From: a virus
Lineage: Duplodnaviria; Caudoviricetes
IMG/VR virus record: IMGVR_UViG_3300025000_000126
Span: 1-56,051 of that record
Reading direction: 5' to 3' (one strand)
DNA length: 56,051 bases
Positions 55,925-56,051 of the stretch are shown piece by piece; position 1 is the stretch's first letter; each line of letters opens with the position of its first letter. The notes under the pieces were generated by a model. The model was given only the letters and a program-made list of their open reading frames with translations, had not been told where the DNA came from and ran no database searches. The position numbers and the translations under genes were made by a program.

Positions 55925-56051
55925 CAATCATCTTATCAGTGTTGTGTGATTTGTTGCTTTCCACCATCTGCTGTTTCTGTAAAGCTGCAGTCTCTTTAGA
56001 TACTTGATTCTCTCTTTCGAGTTGCATCTCAATAGCTCTAAGTTGTAACTC
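55925..56051. repeat. Terminal direct repeat (copy 2)
   Basis: Identical to 1-127. Confidence 0.95.

Overview
This window is a complete, circularly permuted podovirus-type dsDNA phage genome of about 55.9 kb. Bases 1-127 are identical to 55925-56051, probably an assembly overlap. The minus strand carries the packaging, head, tail, ejection and lysis genes. The portal gene crosses the contig junction, is missing from the ORF track and contains a LAGLIDADG intein. The plus strand carries early and replication genes. These include an ATP-grasp/amidoligase/class-II glutamine amidotransferase trio, a T7-type primase-helicase, a split family A DNA polymerase with an ORF-less group I intron, a sigma-70-like factor, SSB, nucleases, ThyX, dUTPase and a class II RNR with an HNH intein. 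I saw no single-subunit RNA polymerase, integrase, tRNA or CRISPR array. The most unusual signal is a dispersed family of about 14-15 divergent microgenes (mostly 39-76 aa) between 8.1 and 17.9 kb. They share an N-terminal (E)F(Y/W) motif, a central R-x-I-(Y) motif and a C-terminal L-(K/L)-V-K-R-R-L motif. They sit between the core genes, and three lie between the two halves of the polymerase. Other notable signals are a sigma-region-2-like segment inside the 2004-aa virion protein and a highly structured ~500-nt non-coding region. All calls come from motif recognition by eye; no database searches were run.
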